64,000 bases of DNA from Bacillota bacterium (GCA_015059155.1 SVAX01000002.1:85561-149560), one strand, 5' to 3'. Shown: positions 1 through 10,663, numbered from the stretch's first letter. Notes: generated from the sequence alone by a model not told the origin. Program-made: numbers and translations.

Positions 1-528
1 ACCTACAAATATTACGAGTGTTATAACACTTGCCAAAGTTGGAATCGCTATTTTCAAGAATTTAGCAGTAAATTTTAAATTTACTTCTCCACCATCAGTA
101 GTTTGATCTTCTACTTCTCTTCTATCTAAAAATGAATTTTCCTTACCAGGCGCTACTGCATTACCTTTCATATTAGATTTTGATGCAAAAGGCATAGAAC
201 TTTTCTTTTTACTTAAAGCATTACTTATTCTATTACTAGTGCCATTTTGATTTATTTTATTCATGGTCTTGTTTGCTAATAGCCCACCTGGAGCAAACTT
301 ATTTACTTTATTTAAAGTTTTACCTAATGCTTGTGAACTTCTTCCACCAGTTAATTTATCTGCAGCTTTAACTGCAGTTCCAGCTGCTCTAGCATAAGGA
401 TTAGGAGCTCTTCTTGCAACATCAGCAAGATTTCTCACATTATTAGCATTGTTGGCAACATTACGTTGTTTCAACATTTCTGCTTCTGTTAATTGATTTT
501 CTTCAGGGACTTGATATTGTTCTTCCAT
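1..528 (-). CDS. Partial CDS (runs off window) downstream of virB4; soluble N-terminus then start of a hydrophobic segment; product unknown
   Basis: ATG at 528 with GGAGG RBS at 536-540; frame MEEQYQVPEEN...FLKIAIPTLASVITLVIFVG stays open to base 1; absent from the ORF track because truncated. Confidence 0.7.
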   Translation of the reverse strand, partial: MEEQYQVPEENQLTEAEMLKQRNVANNANNVRNLADVARRAPNPYARAAGTAVKAADKLTGGRSSQALGKTLNKVNKFAPGGLLANKTMNKINQNGTSNRISNALSKKKSSMPFASKSNMKGNAVAPGKENSFLDRREVEDQTTDGGEVNLKFTAKFLKIAIPTLASVITLVIFVG

Positions 529-548
529 AATGTTACCTCCAATCTATA

Positions 549-2333
549 TTATAATCCTCCACCACTACCAAATGATTCTAATTCTTCATCTGATACAATT
601 ACATTAATACGCATTCTTCTGCTTCCACATACGAATAACGCTTCACCTTGTTGATATTGTTTTATACTTTCTTTTTCATTATCATTTAAATCTATTAATT
701 TAGCTAAATCATCAACTGCTTGTTTTTTTAGTCCCATTACTAAATAATAAGAAGCATTATCAAATATAGCTTTACCTTGAGTTATAACACTAGGATCACT
801 AAAATCTGTAGGTTGTTGAGTTATTATAATTGTTCCAGTATTATATTTTCTCGCACGTCTTTGAATTTGTGCTAAAAAGTCAGCACCCAATGTATTTCCA
901 CCACTAAGTAATACATGAGCTTCATCAACCATCATGACAGTATTTACAGAACTATCTAAAGTTAATCCCCAAGCATATTTTAATATATTAAAGAATAAAG
1001 CATTTCTAATATTTTTATCAGCATTCATTAACTCTCTAATATTAAATACTATAAAATTACTTCTTGGCTTAATAGTTGTATGACCATCAAAATAATACTT
1101 AAGTTCTTTTACAATCGGTCTTATCTTTATCTCAAGTCTTTCAAGAACATCTTTTTCTTGAGACTTTTCTGGCATAGATAAAATTCTACCTTTTATTGTC
1201 GCATAAACATCTTTAAAAGTAGGATAATCCTCTGAATTAAATTTAGTAAAATCAACATTGAAATCTATACCAAATCTTTTATACGTCTCTTGAACTACTT
1301 CACTAAACATATTTACTACATCTTCACTAATACTAGGATCATAGTATTTTAAGAAAGCTTTTATAGATTGCAGTGTACGTGTTAAAACAGTATAGCCTAA
1401 ACCTTGTTTCATCTCTTCTTCATCTGCATCTACAATTACTTCAAGTGGATTTATCATACCAAAAGATCCACCTTTTCCTAAACTAATGAAATCCCCATCA
1501 AATGTATTAGTCATATCCTCTAATTCACCTTCAGGATCTATAACTACTATTTGATTATTATTTCTAATATGACTTCTTAAAAGTAATTTAGCAGCAGTAG
1601 ATTTACCACTACCAGAAGTACCTAAAATAATCATATTAGCGTTATTACGATTGTGTTCTTTCTTAATTTGATATAAGAATTGGTTAAATAAAATAACTCC
1701 ACCAGAGAAATCTATTCCAAGTAATGTAGATAATCCTGGATCTTTAATACTATCAAATATAAAAGGATACATAGCAGCTATTGTAGGAGAAGGTATAGGT
1801 GTTCCTATTCTATCTTCTATATCTTGTTTATTAAATATAGGTAATATAGATTTTAACACCTTATCTTGTTCAAAACGAAGAGGTACAGCTCTCATTTCCA
1901 TAGCTTCTAAATAATTCTTAACTTGTAATTTTTTAACATCCAATTCATCCTTAGTATTTGCAGTAATCATAACATGCATTTGAAAATCATAAATCTTAGA
2001 TTGACTAGCAGCTAATTCACTTATAAACATTTCTAAAGATTCATAATCTTGACGTATTCTTTCTTGAATAGTCTTATCTTTTTCATCTTGATATCTTTGT
2101 TTCAAATCAGCAAGCTCTTTATTAAGCATTTTACTCATACTACTAAAAGGAAGTGGTATATGTTTAATAACAACTTTAATTCCTGACATACTAGTTAAAC
2201 TACTTAAATATCCAGGATAAACAAACTTAGGATATGAAATTATTGTTAAAATACAGGCATACTTATCACTAATAACAAATTCACTAGGCTTAAACTCCAA
2301 TCCCTTTGGAGCAATTTGACTTCTTATATCCAT
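549..2333 (-). CDS. virB4: VirB4/TraE-family T4SS ATPase
   Basis: Walker A GTSGSGKS, IDPEGE motif, Walker B MMVDEAH, RRARKY and IITQQP motifs typical of VirB4. Confidence 0.9.
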   Translation of the reverse strand: MDIRSQIAPKGLEFKPSEFVISDKYACILTIISYPKFVYPGYLSSLTSMSGIKVVIKHIPLPFSSMSKMLNKELADLKQRYQDEKDKTIQERIRQDYESLEMFISELAASQSKIYDFQMHVMITANTKDELDVKKLQVKNYLEAMEMRAVPLRFEQDKVLKSILPIFNKQDIEDRIGTPIPSPTIAAMYPFIFDSIKDPGLSTLLGIDFSGGVILFNQFLYQIKKEHNRNNANMIILGTSGSGKSTAAKLLLRSHIRNNNQIVVIDPEGELEDMTNTFDGDFISLGKGGSFGMINPLEVIVDADEEEMKQGLGYTVLTRTLQSIKAFLKYYDPSISEDVVNMFSEVVQETYKRFGIDFNVDFTKFNSEDYPTFKDVYATIKGRILSMPEKSQEKDVLERLEIKIRPIVKELKYYFDGHTTIKPRSNFIVFNIRELMNADKNIRNALFFNILKYAWGLTLDSSVNTVMMVDEAHVLLSGGNTLGADFLAQIQRRARKYNTGTIIITQQPTDFSDPSVITQGKAIFDNASYYLVMGLKKQAVDDLAKLIDLNDNEKESIKQYQQGEALFVCGSRRMRINVIVSDEELESFGSGGGL

Positions 2334-2872
2334 TATGCTAACACCGTCCCAAAAGTAGTAGTTTGTCCACCATTTAAGAAATTATCTAAAATCATTCTTA
2401 AATCATCATTATTAGTTTGAAATGCAGTTAATCCTGCACTAGCAAAATTATTAATTAAAGTACGTATCCTTTTTTGTATTAAATCATTATCCTTTTCCTT
2501 AAATAATAAGAAATATTCTGTATCAACAACATTATTATTCGTAAACATATTAGCCTTGTTTAAATCTTCTAATATAAGTTTTCTTTTTTTAGTATCCCCA
2601 ATTTGATTATATAATAATTGTAATTGAGATAAATAAACATTAATATCTACTGGTCTATCTGCAACTACAATCCAAAATTCATAATCGATAGCATTATAAA
2701 CATTTTTTAAATTCATTATTATAGCATCTTGCATACCTTGATCAAGTATAAAAATATTTCTTGGCATTATTTTAACTCCAGTAACCTTTTGATTATTATC
2801 AAGTACAATAACTCCATTAGTAATATTCTTTACAGGAACATCAGTATACTTACTTTTTGTCTCTTTCGCCAT
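2333..2872 (-). CDS. VirB4-associated protein resembling a detached VirB4 N-terminal region
   Basis: Likely start MAKETK at 2872; stop overlaps the virB4 start; resembles the N-terminal part of Gram-positive TraE/VirB4 proteins (by eye). Confidence 0.5.
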   Translation of the reverse strand: MAKETKSKYTDVPVKNITNGVIVLDNNQKVTGVKIMPRNIFILDQGMQDAIIMNLKNVYNAIDYEFWIVVADRPVDINVYLSQLQLLYNQIGDTKKRKLILEDLNKANMFTNNNVVDTEYFLLFKEKDNDLIQKRIRTLINNFASAGLTAFQTNNDDLRMILDNFLNGGQTTTFGTVLA

Positions 2873-3170
2873 TATCAAAACACCAACCCTTCCATATATA
2901 TCTTTGTCTTGTTGTATAAAAATTCCAAGCATTTTTTATTACAGTTCTTACATTGTGGTAATTTGGTATCGGAAGTACCAAAAAACCACATATAAGACCT
3001 GGAGAAACAGTTAACACTGCTACCCAAAATTCATTGACAGGAAGGAACATCATAAGTAAGAATGATATTCCCACACCACATCCAAATATTATTAAATCGA
3101 CTGTATTAAATACCCCAAATATAAGCATACTCTTCTTTGAGTTTGCGGGTATTAAATAAGAATAATCCAT
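2850..3170 (-). CDS. PrgI/VirB3-like two-TM protein
   Basis: 106 aa, N-terminal YLIPAN, two hydrophobic helices, lies between virB6-like and virB4 genes. Confidence 0.65.
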   Translation of the reverse strand: MDYSYLIPANSKKSMLIFGVFNTVDLIIFGCGVGISFLLMMFLPVNEFWVAVLTVSPGLICGFLVLPIPNYHNVRTVIKNAWNFYTTRQRYIWKGWCFDNGERDKK

Positions 3171-3190
3171 TTAGTATCACACCCCTTTAA

Positions 3191-5518
3191 TTATGGTCTA
3201 CCTGGACCCATTGGCCCCATTGGCCCCATTCCAGCCCCTGGACCGCCAGTACGACGACCAACTGTAGATTCTGCTTGTTCTATTTTACCAGGACGAGCTG
3301 GGCCTCCTGCTGTTGAATGAGTAACTTCAACATTTGACTTAGCAACTTTTTCATCGGCATTAAGTCTGTCAAGAATTTCTTGTGTTTCTTTAATATCTTG
3401 ATCAATGCTTTTAATTTTTTGTTCTTTATCAAAAATGCTTGTGCTATCTTTTGTGTTATCTGCAGCGATTGTTTTAATTTGTTTATCAAGTGCTTCTGCA
3501 AAAGATTCTCCAGATGTCGTAAACACGTTTTCAAGACCTGCAACTCTAGCTTGATTTTCATATTTTTCTTTTAAATTTTGCAATTCACCATCTTCTGAAA
3601 TGTTTGCTGCTAACCAGTCATCTCTATATTTACCATTAGCCTTTTGTTCTTCTTCAGCCCTTACTTTTGTTGCTTCTTCTGCTTTGTTTTTTGCTTCTTT
3701 TTCTGCTCGTTGTGCTTCTTTAAGAAAATTTTCTGCCTCTTTTGTATTTCCTTTAGCTTTTGCTTCTGATGATTTTAAATATAAAGAGGAAGCTAGTGAT
3801 GATTTAAGTGAAGCTTCGTTTTCTAGTGCGGCTGCTTTCGCCATTCCTTTTTGGTACTCACCATCAGGAGCTTGTTTTACTTTATTTACAGCTCTATCTT
3901 GCATTGCCTTTAAAGTAGCTGCAGCATCTGATTTTTGTTGAATTCTTCTTCTTACAGGCTCAATTTCATTATCTATTCTCTTTTTTTGTGCATTAAAATT
4001 ATCAATCCTATTTTGTGTTGCTATTTTTTCGTGTTCAACCTCTCCTAAAGTTCCTGGTGTTCCTAAATACCCACTTAATTGAGCTCCTCTTCTTCCCCAA
4101 AAAGTTGATCCGCTAGCTATAGCTCTTCTCATCTCTGCATTTTTTGTTGCTTGATCTTTTCTAATTTCACCAAACTTTTTACCTTGAAAACCTGATTTCA
4201 ATCCCCCGAATGTAGCAGACAACCCTCTACCTACTCCAGTACCAGTTAACATACCAGCTGTTCCAACCATAGCGCCTGCCGCTAAACCTTTTCCTGCTCC
4301 TAATATTTGCTTACCACCTGCGGCTTGTTCACTAAATTTCTTCAATGGATTCAAGAAGAACTTACCGTCACCATCTAACTTAATACCTAAACCTTCTAAG
4401 ATTTTTGGTAATTGTTTAGCAAACATCAATACCCCTATTATAACAAATATTTTTACCAATGTAGTAGTTTGATATGAACCATCAACTATATCTACCATTT
4501 TATTTATTCTACTTATAATATAAACTGCAAAATAAATTGCAAGTAATCTTATAAACAAACTTAAATAAGTTTTAAAACATAATTGATACCATTTTTTAAA
4601 CATTCCATCTTTTCCACTTTTAGGATCTACATAAGATAAAATTGGTATTGGAGCTATTAATTGTAAGAATGCTAATTTTATACTACGAAGTGCTATATCC
4701 ATACAGAATGTTATTAATAACAAAATTATTACAACACCTACTACTGTACTAAATATATACTTATAATCCATTATAAATTGTTGATTACGAGAATCAGTCG
4801 CAACCACCATCTCTTGTCTAAACATTAATCCTAAATTTCCATGCTCTACACCCGCTACATAATTTTGAAGTGCTGTTAGAGTAAAATTTTTATTATCTAT
4901 TAAAGCTGCCATTGAGTTATCATGAGCACTGCTATTATCATTATAATTTTCATCTAACCCTGAACATGCCGGATTAAAATTACCATCTTCGCCTTTAATA
5001 TCAATACAATTTTGCAATTTGGTAATAGACACATTAGGGGTAAAAAACGCACTCATGGTTATAAATGCCATATCATCTCCTGCTGTATTTATAAACTCAT
5101 TACCTGATTTATTGTCATCTCCAAATATTAAAGTAGCCATTGTATTATCTTCTAATATTATTGTTTGTAATCTATATGCGTAATTAAATATATATGGAGT
5201 TAATATTAATAACGACAAACTAATTATTATATTAGTAGTTAATTTAGATATTCCTTTACTCTTATCAGAAAAATCATCCGGATTAACTACATAAGTAATT
5301 AAAGATAATGTTACTTTAAAAATCATAAATATTGCAAGTAACTTATATATTCTATCAGCCATATCCAATATATCAGCTTGAGAAAGTATAGATGTTCTTG
5401 CTATTGATATTAATAAATCATAAATAGATGATATAAGATTATATACCACTTGATCTATTCCAAAGAAAAATTGTTTGATTAATTTTTGAAACCACATATT
5501 TATTGATAAAATATACAT
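3191..5518 (-). CDS. VirB6/TrbL-like polytopic membrane protein with long coiled-coil and Gly/Pro tail
   Basis: Multiple TM segments; DIALRSIKLAFLQLIAPIPILSY motif; Gly-rich GAGKGLAAGA segment; charged coiled-coil C-terminus; RBS GGAGG. Confidence 0.75.
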   Translation of the reverse strand: MYILSINMWFQKLIKQFFFGIDQVVYNLISSIYDLLISIARTSILSQADILDMADRIYKLLAIFMIFKVTLSLITYVVNPDDFSDKSKGISKLTTNIIISLSLLILTPYIFNYAYRLQTIILEDNTMATLIFGDDNKSGNEFINTAGDDMAFITMSAFFTPNVSITKLQNCIDIKGEDGNFNPACSGLDENYNDNSSAHDNSMAALIDNKNFTLTALQNYVAGVEHGNLGLMFRQEMVVATDSRNQQFIMDYKYIFSTVVGVVIILLLITFCMDIALRSIKLAFLQLIAPIPILSYVDPKSGKDGMFKKWYQLCFKTYLSLFIRLLAIYFAVYIISRINKMVDIVDGSYQTTTLVKIFVIIGVLMFAKQLPKILEGLGIKLDGDGKFFLNPLKKFSEQAAGGKQILGAGKGLAAGAMVGTAGMLTGTGVGRGLSATFGGLKSGFQGKKFGEIRKDQATKNAEMRRAIASGSTFWGRRGAQLSGYLGTPGTLGEVEHEKIATQNRIDNFNAQKKRIDNEIEPVRRRIQQKSDAAATLKAMQDRAVNKVKQAPDGEYQKGMAKAAALENEASLKSSLASSLYLKSSEAKAKGNTKEAENFLKEAQRAEKEAKNKAEEATKVRAEEEQKANGKYRDDWLAANISEDGELQNLKEKYENQARVAGLENVFTTSGESFAEALDKQIKTIAADNTKDSTSIFDKEQKIKSIDQDIKETQEILDRLNADEKVAKSNVEVTHSTAGGPARPGKIEQAESTVGRRTGGPGAGMGPMGPMGPGRP

Positions 5519-5618
5519 CTACATTCCTCCTAAAAATTTTTTATTTAATATTTATACTCATATCATGATTATAACAAAAAAACTACAATTAATCAATGAC
5601 TAATTGTAGCTTTTACTA

Positions 5619-6008
5619 TTAATAATTTATTGTATCTGTAGGTATACACCCGTTATCATTTATCTTTCCGTTTACAAAACAATTGAAACAATTAGAAACG
5701 CTTCGATCTCTGTTAGAAACAAATCCTATTAAAAGTTGAACAATTTGAATAACAAAGAAAACAATAACTGCTGCTACAGCTCTTTTTATAAACATTTGTT
5801 GTCCTTTTTTTATTTCATCTTCCTTAGATGCAGCTACAGCTTTTCCTAAATCCAGCATACCAAAAATAATCAATAAAATTGGCACAAATATTTTAATTAA
5901 TAAAACAGCTGTTGAAACTAAATAAGGGAAAGTTCCAGCAAAATCAAATCCTAAATTACCACATCTATAAAGAGTATCTAATTCAAAAGCATCTACTAAA
6001 AACATCAT
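5619..6008 (-). CDS. VirB2/TrbC-like pilin paralog 1
   Basis: Two TM helices separated by DLGKAV..KEDEIKKGQQMFIKR; C-terminal CFNCF. Confidence 0.65.
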   Translation of the reverse strand: MMFLVDAFELDTLYRCGNLGFDFAGTFPYLVSTAVLLIKIFVPILLIIFGMLDLGKAVAASKEDEIKKGQQMFIKRAVAAVIVFFVIQIVQLLIGFVSNRDRSVSNCFNCFVNGKINDNGCIPTDTINY

Positions 6009-6034
6009 TTAATCATATCCTCCTAACTAAATAT

Positions 6035-6063
6035 ATTATACATTTAACATTTTAAAAAGTCAA
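6035..6063 (-). promoter_or_regulatory. Sigma-A-like promoter for pilin 5619-6008
   Basis: Minus strand TTGACT-17 nt-TATAAT. Confidence 0.7.
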
Positions 6064-6065
6064 CC

Positions 6066-7178
6066 CTACTTTATAACATAAGGAGCTTCAAAAGTACCAT
6101 CTCCAGAAACTATTTTTTCAGTTCCATCAATATAAATAACTAAATTATAATTGTGATACTTACTCGCTTCTTGACTTCTTATTATGCCATTACTTAAATA
6201 ATAAACTTGATATGTATTATTAGACACGGCATTTAAAGTCCAAGACATTAAATTTAAATCTTTTAAATAATTATAATTTCTACAAGATTTAGAATAAATA
6301 CTATTACAATCCATATCTAAACTAGCTTTTGCATAATCAGTTACATCAATTAAAGATATAACTTGATTTTCTAATTTAGTTGAACAACTATAATCACCAA
6401 TAGTTCCATTATTTAAATCTCTAGAATCTATACATACATCTTTAGAAACAATATGTTCTTTTGCTGTATTTGATATGACTTTCACATTATTATAATCATC
6501 CATTAAATATTTTAATATAGCACTATCTGCATATATATTTTTTCCATATATATCATTAACATCTATATTATATTTATTATCCCAATATCTATCTAAAGAT
6601 TCTGATTCAGCTTTTATAAGCTTAACAATTCCATTTTCATCAATATTCATTATTCTATAATTTTTATCAAAAAATTTAACATAATTATTAACTTCATCAC
6701 CTTTATAAACATAATAATTATTTAATTGATATAAACCAGATCCCGTCGTAGTTAAATCTTCCATTAAATTATTTATTAAAGTATTAGTTTTATAATCTTT
6801 ACATTCTAAATTAGCAATATAATTTAAATAACCACCTTTATTTTCTGAAACAGTTGAACCATTTCTTCTAACAGTTACACTTCCTAGACAAGTATTATCG
6901 CCAATCAAATCACCAGTAGATTTTATATATTCTCTTCCTACTAATGTACTTAATTCAACTTCTCTTGTTTCTCCTTCTTTTGAAGGCAAACCAACAGTAT
7001 CTTCAAAGTAATTTTGTGCAGCTTCAATCATTCTTTCTTCATATTTTTCGGGTGTAATTTTTGAATTACCACAAGCTTGAATAATAGCTAAAAACACTAT
7101 TATCAATATAGGTAACAATATAATAATTCCAACTATTATTAATACTTTTTTATCTATTTTTTTTAATGCCTCTACCAT
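6066..7178 (-). CDS. Membrane-anchored Cys-containing surface protein (pilin/adhesin-like)
   Basis: N-terminal TM, amphipathic helix (ERMIEAAQNYF), several Cys pairs; embedded among pilin genes. Confidence 0.5.
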   Translation of the reverse strand: MVEALKKIDKKVLIIVGIIILLPILIIVFLAIIQACGNSKITPEKYEERMIEAAQNYFEDTVGLPSKEGETREVELSTLVGREYIKSTGDLIGDNTCLGSVTVRRNGSTVSENKGGYLNYIANLECKDYKTNTLINNLMEDLTTTGSGLYQLNNYYVYKGDEVNNYVKFFDKNYRIMNIDENGIVKLIKAESESLDRYWDNKYNIDVNDIYGKNIYADSAILKYLMDDYNNVKVISNTAKEHIVSKDVCIDSRDLNNGTIGDYSCSTKLENQVISLIDVTDYAKASLDMDCNSIYSKSCRNYNYLKDLNLMSWTLNAVSNNTYQVYYLSNGIIRSQEASKYHNYNLVIYIDGTEKIVSGDGTFEAPYVIK

Positions 7179-7188
7179 AAACCCTCCA

Positions 7189-7677
7189 TTATTTTAAACA
7201 AGCAGTACCATTTCCATTTATTGTCATTCCATCTGGACAAGTCTTTGAAGCCTCGTCTTTAAATTTATAAGTACAATCACCATTTATAAAACAGCTACTA
7301 CAAGTTGCAATATTAGCTTTATCATCTTCATCAGCAACAAAACTTATCAAAAGTTGAACAATTGTAAATACAAAGAATACCAAAGCTCCAGCTACTAGTC
7401 TTTTAATAAACATTTTTTGTCCTTTTTTCATTTCATCTTCTTTTGAAGCAGTCATACCTTTTACAAGATCAATCATACCTAATACAACAATTAAAACAGG
7501 AACAACAACTTTTATAACTGTTATTACTGTACTAACCATATTAGGTATTTTTTCATCTATAATAGCTCTTGGCATTGAACTTTCACAAGAAGCTATGTTA
7601 GCAGCTAAAACTGGGCTTGCATAACAAAAGACTACAAGAGAAATAATAATTCCAATTAATAAATTTTTCTTTTTCAT
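7189..7677 (-). CDS. VirB2/TrbC-like pilin paralog 2
   Basis: Signal peptide (VLA-A), two TMs, KEDEMKKGQKMFIKRL, CSSCF..C. Confidence 0.65.
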   Translation of the reverse strand: MKKKNLLIGIIISLVVFCYASPVLAANIASCESSMPRAIIDEKIPNMVSTVITVIKVVVPVLIVVLGMIDLVKGMTASKEDEMKKGQKMFIKRLVAGALVFFVFTIVQLLISFVADEDDKANIATCSSCFINGDCTYKFKDEASKTCPDGMTINGNGTACLK

Positions 7678-7680
7678 ATT

Positions 7681-8250
7681 TTACATCTCCTCACAATCAT
7701 TACTTATAAAACAATCAATACAATCAACCATATTAGATACATTAGTATCTGCTACTATACTTATAAAAAACTTAACTATAATAACAACAAAGAAAATTAT
7801 TGCAGCAACAGCAAGTCTTTTAATAAACATTTTTTGCCCTTTTTTCATGTCATCTTCTTTTCCTGCTGTTATACCTTTAAATAAATCTAAACTACCCATT
7901 ATAACTAAAATAATTGGTATGGCTATTTGAATTAATGTTACTGCATAACTTGTTAGTTCTGGTATTTTTCTAGGTATACCAGTTATCCTACCTTCATTTT
8001 TTTTGCCACAATAAACTTTTTTTATTTTGTTTCCTAGCAAAGTTTCCTCATCCGAATCCTTATCTATGTCTTGATTAGATTGTGTTTCTTCATCTGATAT
8101 TTCATTAATATCTCCATCTAATTTATACATCACTGTATATGTTGTATATCCTGTAACATATTTGTGTTCAAGTGACTCTGATGCGCTAACATCACCAATT
8201 AAAATAAATATACCAACAAAAAATATTAAAAATACTATTTTTTTTCTCAT
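7681..8250 (-). CDS. VirB2/TrbC-like pilin paralog 3
   Basis: Likely start MRKK at 8250; KEDDMKKGQKMFIKRL, CIDCF..C. Confidence 0.65.
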   Translation of the reverse strand: MRKKIVFLIFFVGIFILIGDVSASESLEHKYVTGYTTYTVMYKLDGDINEISDEETQSNQDIDKDSDEETLLGNKIKKVYCGKKNEGRITGIPRKIPELTSYAVTLIQIAIPIILVIMGSLDLFKGITAGKEDDMKKGQKMFIKRLAVAAIIFFVVIIVKFFISIVADTNVSNMVDCIDCFISNDCEEM

Positions 8251-8254
8251 ATAA

Positions 8255-8701
8255 TCACCACTTAGTATCACAATTTTTTGTAATAAAACAATCAGCACAT
8301 TGCATTATACGAACTGCTTTATTATCATTAGATTCATCATTAGCAACAAAACTTATAAGAAATTTTACAATTATAAATACAAAGAATATTAAAACAGCAT
8401 ATACTAATCTTTTTATAAATAATTGTTGCCCTTTTTTCATTTCGTCTTCTTTTCCAGCTGTTAAAGATTTCATTAAATCCATTGAACCCATAACTACTAA
8501 AACAATAGGAACTGCTATTTGTATAACATTATATAAAATACTTATCACATTAGGAAGTACTGTAGGTATTTTATCTACCATGTTTCCACCACAACTAGTA
8601 ATTCCTTTCGTATAGTTATTATAAGTTTCTGCACCCACAATGTCAATGAAAATCAAGTTTATTAATAAAATTAAACTAATATTTAATACTTTTTTCTTCA
8701 T
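8255..8701 (-). CDS. VirB2/TrbC-like pilin paralog 4
   Basis: Signal peptide, KEDEMKKGQQLFIKRL, CADCF..C. Confidence 0.65.
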   Translation of the reverse strand: MKKKVLNISLILLINLIFIDIVGAETYNNYTKGITSCGGNMVDKIPTVLPNVISILYNVIQIAVPIVLVVMGSMDLMKSLTAGKEDEMKKGQQLFIKRLVYAVLIFFVFIIVKFLISFVANDESNDNKAVRIMQCADCFITKNCDTKW

Positions 8702-8709
8702 AACTCCCC

Positions 8710-9705
8710 CTAAATTTCATTTTGTTGTTTATTAAATCCAAGTTTAACTAACATTTTATTAAGTTCAGGTAATTTTTTCTCCCTTTCATTTAAAGGCACC
8801 AAATTATAAAACACTTTAACTCTAGCCTCATATTCAAAATTAGCTACTTCACTTGAACTAAGCAAACTTTGATTTAAAACTATCTTTTTATTTTTTAAAC
8901 CTTGTAAAGCAGTTGCATTCAATGTCATTAATTTTTGTAATTTAATTATTGACGGTTCTATTAAATATAACACTTCTTGGCAGAAACCTTCTGCTACAAG
9001 GCTATTATTTATATCTACAATAATAACATCCTTATCCTTGTTTTTATTAATAACACTACCTATTTCACTAGTTATTGTTGATATTAAATTTTTATCTTTA
9101 AAATATGTAAAATCATTTTTATCTACTTCTATACCAATAACACTATAATTCTTAGTAAGTTCATTTTTCATCATATAAACCAAACTACTAGCTCCTGATT
9201 GTCTAGTAATGTTTTTTACACCTATTATTCTAGTACTCGAAAACTCTGTTTGAGGTGCTACTTCAACAGTAGGTGCGATATACTGAGCTTGTGGATTAGG
9301 TGTAGTCGAATTTCCAGTTGGTATATCTAATCTATGAAGTTGAGCAACATCACGATATGTATTAGGCGTATTATATAAATACTGTATACCTTCCACATTC
9401 TTAGTAAAATTATATATTCCCATAGATACAAGATTAGATAGGAACGTAGGATTACTAGTTGCTTCTGTACCATCAAGCAAAAGTATAACCTTTTCCATAT
9501 CTAAAGAAATAGACAATTTTTGCAAATTAACTATATCAGTATAATTCTTTATTGCTGTGATGTCAAGTATCATTCTTTGATAAAAGAAATTTTGGAAAGT
9601 TGAAATTATCTCATCTACCTCAAATTCACCATTCATTTCTTTAATGACATCAATTCCTAAATTTTCTAATAATAATTGATTTTTATTTGATACAATAACA
9701 TTCAT
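8710..9705 (-). CDS. Degenerate ParA/MinD-like (CpaE/TadZ-like) protein
   Basis: C-terminal IIGVKNITRQSGASSL (decayed P-loop), IEVD and IIVD strands; N-terminal receiver-like region; position in Tad cluster. Confidence 0.55.
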   Translation of the reverse strand: MNVIVSNKNQLLLENLGIDVIKEMNGEFEVDEIISTFQNFFYQRMILDITAIKNYTDIVNLQKLSISLDMEKVILLLDGTEATSNPTFLSNLVSMGIYNFTKNVEGIQYLYNTPNTYRDVAQLHRLDIPTGNSTTPNPQAQYIAPTVEVAPQTEFSSTRIIGVKNITRQSGASSLVYMMKNELTKNYSVIGIEVDKNDFTYFKDKNLISTITSEIGSVINKNKDKDVIIVDINNSLVAEGFCQEVLYLIEPSIIKLQKLMTLNATALQGLKNKKIVLNQSLLSSSEVANFEYEARVKVFYNLVPLNEREKKLPELNKMLVKLGFNKQQNEI

Positions 9706-9719
9706 TATATCTCCCCTTT

Positions 9720-10181
9720 TTAATAAGAATAATCTTTTCCAAGTATTTTAGTTTCACTATGAACAGGTATCATAAATAAATCCCCAATAAAAGGAAACTC
9801 AAATCTAACAAAAGTGACAATTACATAATAATTACCACCATTAATATTATTATCAAGCACTTCAAACACACAATAATTATACCCATATGTATTCAAATTG
9901 TCTGATAAATTGTCTCCATACTTTTCATTTTCTAGACGATTTTTAATATCATCACATCTATTTGATCTTGAAGCATCATAACCCGCTGCTTTTAAATCTG
10001 GATTAATTTCATTAGCTACTACTTCATTATAAGTACCATATTTTTCAGTTATTTCCACAATCCTATTTTTTATTCTATAAGCCTTTGAATATGATAAAAT
10101 ACCTATAAAAAACAATATAACTAAGCTAGAAAATATTACCACTAAATATAATAATGAACTTCCACCTAGAGACTCTCTCAT
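9720..10181 (-). CDS. Pseudopilin-like protein (TadE/G position)
   Basis: MRES + TM helix + Cys pair; Tad context. Confidence 0.5.
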   Translation of the reverse strand: MRESLGGSSLLYLVVIFSSLVILFFIGILSYSKAYRIKNRIVEITEKYGTYNEVVANEINPDLKAAGYDASRSNRCDDIKNRLENEKYGDNLSDNLNTYGYNYCVFEVLDNNINGGNYYVIVTFVRFEFPFIGDLFMIPVHSETKILGKDYSY

Positions 10182-10195
10182 TTTATCACATCCTA

Positions 10196-10663
10196 TTACT
10201 CACAAGTTTGATCTTCAAAATCATATAATCTATTAGTATTAGAAAATATAGGAATATCTAACATATTATTTATTATTGGAATATTAATCATCATATTAGT
10301 ACTAATTTTATAATAATAATAACATTCCTCATTATATTTTTCTCTACATACAAAAACACAATAACCTTCACTACCATCTGTTAAACTAGTACTACAATTT
10401 TTCTTTTCATTATCTCCAATTTTATTATAATAATTAACACAATTAACACTTTTTTTATTATAACCTAAAGAAGTAAGTTTACTAGCTATTTCATTTATTG
10501 CATAGCCATTATAACCTTCATATTTCTCTATAGTTTCAGTTATTATATTACTTACCTTGTTACTTTTAAAATAAATAAGAGCTGCAGAAAGGAAAGCGAA
10601 TACAATTATTATAAAAGTAATTACTATATTAAGTGTAACTGTATATCCTATGCTTTCCTTCAT
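10196..10663 (-). CDS. Pseudopilin-like protein (TadE/G position)
   Basis: MKES + TM helix, Cys-rich; similar layout to 9720-10181. Confidence 0.5.
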   Translation of the reverse strand: MKESIGYTVTLNIVITFIIIVFAFLSAALIYFKSNKVSNIITETIEKYEGYNGYAINEIASKLTSLGYNKKSVNCVNYYNKIGDNEKKNCSTSLTDGSEGYCVFVCREKYNEECYYYYKISTNMMINIPIINNMLDIPIFSNTNRLYDFEDQTCE

